This document shows, piece after piece, positions 59,590 to 64,000 of a stretch of 64,000 nt of DNA. The position numbers and the translations under genes are program-made. The first letter of the stretch is position 1, and every line of letters starts with the position of its first letter. The notes below the pieces were generated by a model, which did not search any database, was not told the DNA's origin, and saw nothing but the letters and a program-made list of their open reading frames with translations. This stretch comes from a bacterium. GTDB lineage: Bacteria; UBA8248. The DNA lies in the NCBI GenBank assembly GCA_965242545.1, contig OZ251456.1, forward strand, positions 316,076 to 380,075, read 5' to 3'.

Positions 59590-59712
59590 GCAGGCGTCCT
59601 TTCCGGGTGGAACGCGCGGAAAAGAAATGTTTTGTCCTATACCGTGGAGATGTATTATCATCCCTTCTGCCGGGGGTTTTTACAAGCCTCATCATTATTT
59701 TCGGGAGCGGGC

Positions 59713-60810
59713 ATGGCAACGGCATCGGAGAGAAAGGAGCGCCTCACCCGGATGGTCAGGGCGGGGGGCTGAGGCTCGAAACTGGGTCCGGAGGACCTGA
59801 GAGAGGCGTTGAGCGGGTTCGAGCCGTTTTCCGATCCGAATCTTCTTTACGGGACGAACGCCGGAGACGACACGGGCGTTTATCGGCTCAGAGAGGATTT
59901 GGCCATCGTTCAGACGGTGGACTTCTTCACGCCCATCGTGGACGACGCCTACGCCTACGGCCAGATAGCCGCGGCCAACGCGCTGAGCGATTGCTTCACC
60001 ATGGGCGCGCAGCCGGTCACGGGGCTGAACCTGGCGTGTTTCCCCTGCCGTCTTGGACTGGATGCGCTGGGGAGAATTCTGGCCGGCGGCGCGGACAAGA
60101 TGCGCGAGGCGGGCGGCGTCATCGTGGGCGGCCACAGCGTGGATGACGCGGAGCCCAAATACGGCATCGCCGTCACCGGAACGGTCGACCCCAGGGAGAT
60201 GGTGACGAACCGGGGAGCGAGACCCGGCGACAAACTCGTTTTGACGAAAAAAATCGGCACCGGCGTCGTCACCAACGTGACGAAGCAGCTGAACCCGATG
60301 CTGAGGGCCGCGCGCGGCATCTTCGGGAAAAACGGAAAACTCCGAGACGGCGTGTTCGAGGAGGCGGTCGCCTCGATGAAGGCGCTCAACAAGCGGGCGA
60401 GCGAGTGCATGATGCGCGTGGGCGTGAACGCCTGCACGGATGTGACGGGCTTCGGCCTTCTTGGGCATTTGCGCAACGTGATGGAAGCCAGCGGCGCGCG
60501 GGCGCGCGTCGTTTTCTCCGACGTTCCTCAGTTCGAGGGACTTCTTCCGCACGCCATCGCCGGCACGGCGGGCGGAGGAGAGCGCAACCGCGCGTGGACC
60601 AAGTCGTTCGTCGAGCCGAAGCCGGGCGTGGACGAGGAAATGCTCGCTTTGCTCAACGACGCGCAAACCTCCGGGGGGCTCATCATTGCGGTCGAAACGG
60701 AAAAGGCGGAATATCTTTTGAGAGAACTGCTTGGAGCGGGCGTCGCCGCCGGGGCCGTGTTCGGCGAGGTGGTGGAGGGCCCGCCCGGCAGCGTGGAGAT
60801 AGAGCCGTAA
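59713..60810 (+). CDS. selD: Selenide, water dikinase (selenophosphate synthetase), selenocysteine-containing form with in-frame TGA
   Basis: The track ORF starts at a TTG at 59809, but reading upstream in frame gives MATASERKERLTRMVRAGG-TGA-GSKLGPEDLREALSGFEPFSDPNLLYG..., which matches the SelD N-terminal active-site loop (LTQ..HGAG[C/U]G.K). The TGA is at 59770-59772, a GGGAG RBS precedes ATG 59713, and a hairpin (GGGUCC-GGA-GGACCU) starts about 12 nt after the TGA. The rest of the protein is full-length SelD (DFFTPIVDD, VTDVTGFGLLGH). Confidence 0.8.
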
Positions 60811-60836
60811 TTCTGGTTTCCAGCAAGGGAGCGATC

Positions 60837-61304
60837 ATGGAAAAGGCCATGTTCGGCGCGGGCTGTTTTTGGGGCGTGGAGGAGGCGTTTCGCCGAGTGG
60901 AAGGCGTGACGCGCACCGCGGTGGGGTATTCGGGCGGTGAAAAAGAGGAGCCTTCCTACAGGGAAGTGTGCTCGGGCCGCACGGGGCACGCGGAGGTCGT
61001 CTATCTGGAGTTTGAACCGGAGAAGGTGACTTATCGGGAGCTGCTGGATCTGTTCTGGCGGATTCACGATCCGTGCACGCTGAACCGGCAGGGTCCCGAC
61101 GTCGGCACCCAGTATCGCTCGGCGATTTATTTCTTCTCGCCCGAACAGGAGTCCGCGGCGCGGACATCCAGAGCGGAGGAAGAGGCGTCGGGCCGCCATC
61201 GCGGGCCGATAGTGACGGAGATTACGCCCGCGTCGAGATTCTGGATGGGCGAGGATTACCATCAGCAATATCTCGAAAAACGCGGAATCGCTCACTGCCA
61301 CTAG
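60837..61304 (+). CDS. msrA: Peptide methionine sulfoxide reductase MsrA (Cys form)
   Basis: MEKAMFGAGCFWGVE active-site motif. 155 aa. Confidence 0.9.
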   Translation: MEKAMFGAGCFWGVEEAFRRVEGVTRTAVGYSGGEKEEPSYREVCSGRTGHAEVVYLEFEPEKVTYRELLDLFWRIHDPCTLNRQGPDVGTQYRSAIYFFSPEQESAARTSRAEEEASGRHRGPIVTEITPASRFWMGEDYHQQYLEKRGIAHCH

Positions 61305-61321
61305 CGGGGTTCGGACGACAA

Positions 61322-61358
61322 AGACCCCCGACGGGCTCGCAGCTCGCCGGGAGTCTTT
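61322..61358 (+). terminator. Possible terminator after msrA
   Basis: GC-rich imperfect stem (CCCGACGGGCTCGCAGCTCGCCGGG) followed by TCTTTTT. Convergent with the LLM gene on the other strand. Confidence 0.3.
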
Positions 61359-61367
61359 TTCCGCGTC

Positions 61368-62207
61368 TCAGCCGAATTTCGCCACGAGGTCGGCCAGTTC
61401 GTCAAGTTTCGGCAGAACGACGCCGGCCTCCGCGGAAGGCAGGACGAAGAGGCTTCTCGTCACCCCTTTGCTCTCGAGATCGCGCAGCTTCACGGGATCC
61501 GGAGGAGCGAAGAACATGGTGACGGGAATGGGCGCGCGTCCCGCCTTGGCCGCCAGTTCCTGAAGCTCCTGGATGCGCGGGGTCCAATCCACGTCCCCCC
61601 GGGGGAGGGGCATCCACTCGTCCCCGTAGCGAACCACGCGATCGAGCGTCCTTTCTCCGTTTCCGCCCACCAGTATGGGCGGGTGCGGCTTTTGCGTCGG
61701 CTTGGGCCAGGACCAGATGCGATCGAAGTCCACGAAATTTCCATGATAGCTCGCCTCATCCTCCGCCCAGATGGCTTTCATGGCCTCAATGCGCTCACGC
61801 AGGATAATCCAGCGCTTGGAGAAGCTTGTTCCATGGTTTTCCATCTCTTCGCGGTTCCAGCCGCCGCCGACGCCGAAAAGCGCGCGGCCGTCCGATAGGT
61901 GATCGAGCGTGGCCACCTCATTGGCCAGAGTGATGGGGTCGCGCTCGATCACGAGGCATATTCCCGTGCCCAGCATGATTTTTTCCGTCGCCGCGGCTGC
62001 CGCCCCGAGCGCCACGAAAAGATCGAGCGAGTGCGAGTATTCCAAGGGCAGGTCCGCGCCGCCGGGCCAAGGGGTTTTTCTGCTCGCCGGAATATGGGTG
62101 TGCTCCGGGAAGAATATGGATTCAAAGCCTCTGTCCTCGGCTTCTTTGGCGATCCGGTGCGGGCCGATGGAATAGTCGGTCGGGAAAATCGCAACGCCGA
62201 ATTTCAT
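61368..62207 (-). CDS. LLM-class (luciferase-like) flavin/F420-dependent oxidoreductase
   Basis: MKFGVAIFPTD...IFFPEHTH TIM-barrel LLM signature. 279 aa. Confidence 0.75.
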   Translation of the reverse strand: MKFGVAIFPTDYSIGPHRIAKEAEDRGFESIFFPEHTHIPASRKTPWPGGADLPLEYSHSLDLFVALGAAAAATEKIMLGTGICLVIERDPITLANEVATLDHLSDGRALFGVGGGWNREEMENHGTSFSKRWIILRERIEAMKAIWAEDEASYHGNFVDFDRIWSWPKPTQKPHPPILVGGNGERTLDRVVRYGDEWMPLPRGDVDWTPRIQELQELAAKAGRAPIPVTMFFAPPDPVKLRDLESKGVTRSLFVLPSAEAGVVLPKLDELADLVAKFG

Positions 62208-62253
62208 GGTGCGCTCTCCTGGCTCATGGGGATGAATGACTTTCGGATAACGC

Positions 62254-63576
62254 CTATCTCATGCCCAAGGGGTTCGGCTTCTGTCCCTCGGGAATGATGG
62301 GGTCATAGGTGAAGCCCTTTGTTTTGCTTGCGAACTCCTCTCGCACCTGCTTCAGCAGGTTCTCGTCTTCGATGAGTTCCAGCGCCGTGGCCGCCAGCGT
62401 TTTGGCGGCGGTCATCATGCCCTTCTCGCCGATTTCCATGCCGTATTGCTGCGTGGCGAGCCACGAGTGCCCGGGCGTTCCCGGCGCGTGGCAGGCGGTC
62501 ATCAGGTTGCCCAGGGGCGTGAGCCAGCTCACGTTCCCGCGCTCGTTGCTCGGGCGAATGTCCGCGGGGTCGAGGGGGGAGATCGTCTCGGAGAGCGGCG
62601 CGTCGTATCCCAGGCTTCGGGCGAACTCCTTCGCCTCGTCCGAATAAGCGTGCGCGCCCACGAATTCCAGGTTGCGCTGCACGCAGTGCGCCAAGGCGTC
62701 GTTGGGCAGGTTCTCGTAGACGGCGGTGAGCAGCGTTTCCTTCATTCTCGTGCCGGACGCCAGCGCGCCCGCTTTCGCGCAGTTTCGGACGCGCCCGGTC
62801 AATTCATCGACCATTTTTCTTTTGGGCGCCCGAACGTAATACCACACCCGCGAATAGGAGGGCACGACGTTGGGCGCCACGCCTCCGTCCGTGATGACGT
62901 AGTGAATCTTGGCCGGCTCGATGACGTGCTCGCGCATCATGTTGACGCCGTAGTTCATGATTTCCACGCCGTCAAGGGCGCTTCTTCCGTTCCATGGGTC
63001 CCGGGCCGAGTGAGCGGTTTCGCCGTAAAACTCGAAGACAATGGAATCCATGGCGTTGGTGCTGCCTCCGCGGGTGAAGTTCTTCTCTCCGGGGTGCCAG
63101 GTGATGGCGGCGTCGATGCCGTCGAACGCGCCGTCGCGCGCCATATACACCTTTCCCTCCAGCGTTTCTTCCGCCGGACAGCCGAAACAGACGATTTGGC
63201 CCTTCGCGTCCGATTCGCGCAGCGCGCGCGCCGCCGCGATGGCTGCGTAGGCGCTCGCCGTGCCGAAAAGGTTGTGTCCGCAGCCGTGGCCCTGTTTTTC
63301 GTGTGAATCTCCGCAGTGGGGCAAGGCGTCGTATTCTCCGAGAATGCCGACGGCGGGGCCGTCCTCGCCCCATCTCGCAATGAAGGCGGTGGGAAGATCG
63401 CCCACGCCGCGCCGCACCTCGAACCCGTTCTCCTCCAGGACGTCTTCCAGCAGTTCCGCCGATTTGAATTCTTCGAGCGCGATTTCCGCGAAATTCCAGA
63501 TTTCCCGGGCGATTTCCCGCGCCTCGCCCGCTTGCGCGTCGAGATACTCAAGGGCTTTTTGTTTGAGGGCGTCCAT
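62254..63576 (-). CDS. M20-family amidohydrolase (AbgB/aminobenzoyl-glutamate hydrolase-like)
   Basis: HGCGHNLFG and CPAEE metal-binding blocks. Start at ATG 63574-63576 (MDALKQKALEYLD). Confidence 0.75.
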   Translation of the reverse strand: MDALKQKALEYLDAQAGEAREIAREIWNFAEIALEEFKSAELLEDVLEENGFEVRRGVGDLPTAFIARWGEDGPAVGILGEYDALPHCGDSHEKQGHGCGHNLFGTASAYAAIAAARALRESDAKGQIVCFGCPAEETLEGKVYMARDGAFDGIDAAITWHPGEKNFTRGGSTNAMDSIVFEFYGETAHSARDPWNGRSALDGVEIMNYGVNMMREHVIEPAKIHYVITDGGVAPNVVPSYSRVWYYVRAPKRKMVDELTGRVRNCAKAGALASGTRMKETLLTAVYENLPNDALAHCVQRNLEFVGAHAYSDEAKEFARSLGYDAPLSETISPLDPADIRPSNERGNVSWLTPLGNLMTACHAPGTPGHSWLATQQYGMEIGEKGMMTAAKTLAATALELIEDENLLKQVREEFASKTKGFTYDPIIPEGQKPNPLGMR

Positions 63577-63797
63577 GTTCTCCTCCGGGTGATGGCGGCT
63601 GGATGGAAGACAAGTATAGCCCAGGCGCAGCGTTTCGTATATGAACCGGTTTGATTGCGGATGTCGACGAAACAAGGATATGATGTAGGCGTTTTCGCGC
63701 AATCCACCGTCATTTCCCGGATGAGGATACAAGGCGTCTTGTGGTCGCCTCGCCCGGGTACTAAAGTATTCCCTGCTTTTATTTATGGAGAGAAGCC

Positions 63798-64000
63798 ATG
63801 GAGAGAAGAACGCTCGGACGCTCGGGTTTGGAGGTTACGGTCATCGGTTTCGGCGCGATGACCATCGGGGGCGCGTTCGGCCCGGTGGACGATGAGGAGA
63901 GCAGCCGCGCGCTGCACGTCGCCATCGACGCCGGCATGAATTTCATCGACACCTCGGATGCTTACGGCGCGGGCCACAGCGAGACGGTCATCGGCAAATT
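63798..64000 (+). CDS. Aldo/keto reductase (3' truncated by window end)
   Basis: MERRTLGRSGLEVTVIGFGAMTIGG...DTSDAYG AKR N-terminal signature. The ORF runs off the window. Confidence 0.7.
   Translation, partial: MERRTLGRSGLEVTVIGFGAMTIGGAFGPVDDEESSRALHVAIDAGMNFIDTSDAYGAGHSETVIGK

Noticed and set aside
60837-61304. msrA as a possible selenoprotein
   Set aside because: The active-site motif reads GCFWG with a normal Cys codon and no in-frame TGA.

Overview
GC-rich (~65-70%) bacterial chromosomal segment, densely coded on both strands. The content, in order:

- amtB-glnK nitrogen pair
- long di-heme cytochrome c peroxidase-family gene
- phnDCE phosphonate ABC importer
- ~1.8-kb low-GC islet carrying a GmrSD-like (DUF262/DUF1524) type IV restriction gene interrupted by an in-frame amber codon
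- acyl-CoA ligase, vapBC toxin-antitoxin pair, M20 amidohydrolase and EamA transporter
- tRNA-Glu (UUC), followed by a lower-GC glycan-biosynthesis island: large unknown transferase-like protein, MsbA-like ABC exporter, NeuA/KdsB-type cytidylyltransferase, SDR, epimerase, GT2, a KpsC/KpsS-like gene broken at a C8 tract, Gfo/Idh/MocA oxidoreductase and 2-hydroxyacid dehydrogenase
- exopolysaccharide locus: Wzz-like co-polymerase, two O-antigen-ligase/Wzy-like proteins, priming sugar transferase with a G11 tract at its 5' end, GT4, AsnB paralog, methyltransferase and GT2
- several MBL-fold hydrolases, an enolase-superfamily enzyme, a sulfatase
- second ~1-kb low-GC islet with two unknown membrane proteins
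- AhpD/CMD-family gene with an in-frame TGA at the CxxC position (candidate selenoprotein)
- tandem Gfo/Idh/MocA paralogs, a TAXI-TRAP transporter, a structured convergent intergenic region with long inverted repeats
- CoA-transferase / hot-dog dehydratase / acyl-CoA dehydrogenase / hydroxyacid dehydrogenase operon
- selD carrying an in-frame TGA (selenocysteine-type SelD), msrA, an LLM oxidoreductase, an M20 amidohydrolase and a 3'-truncated aldo/keto reductase

I did not find CRISPR arrays, integrases or transposases. Many long minus-strand ORFs in the track are antisense artefacts of high GC content and are not reported as features.
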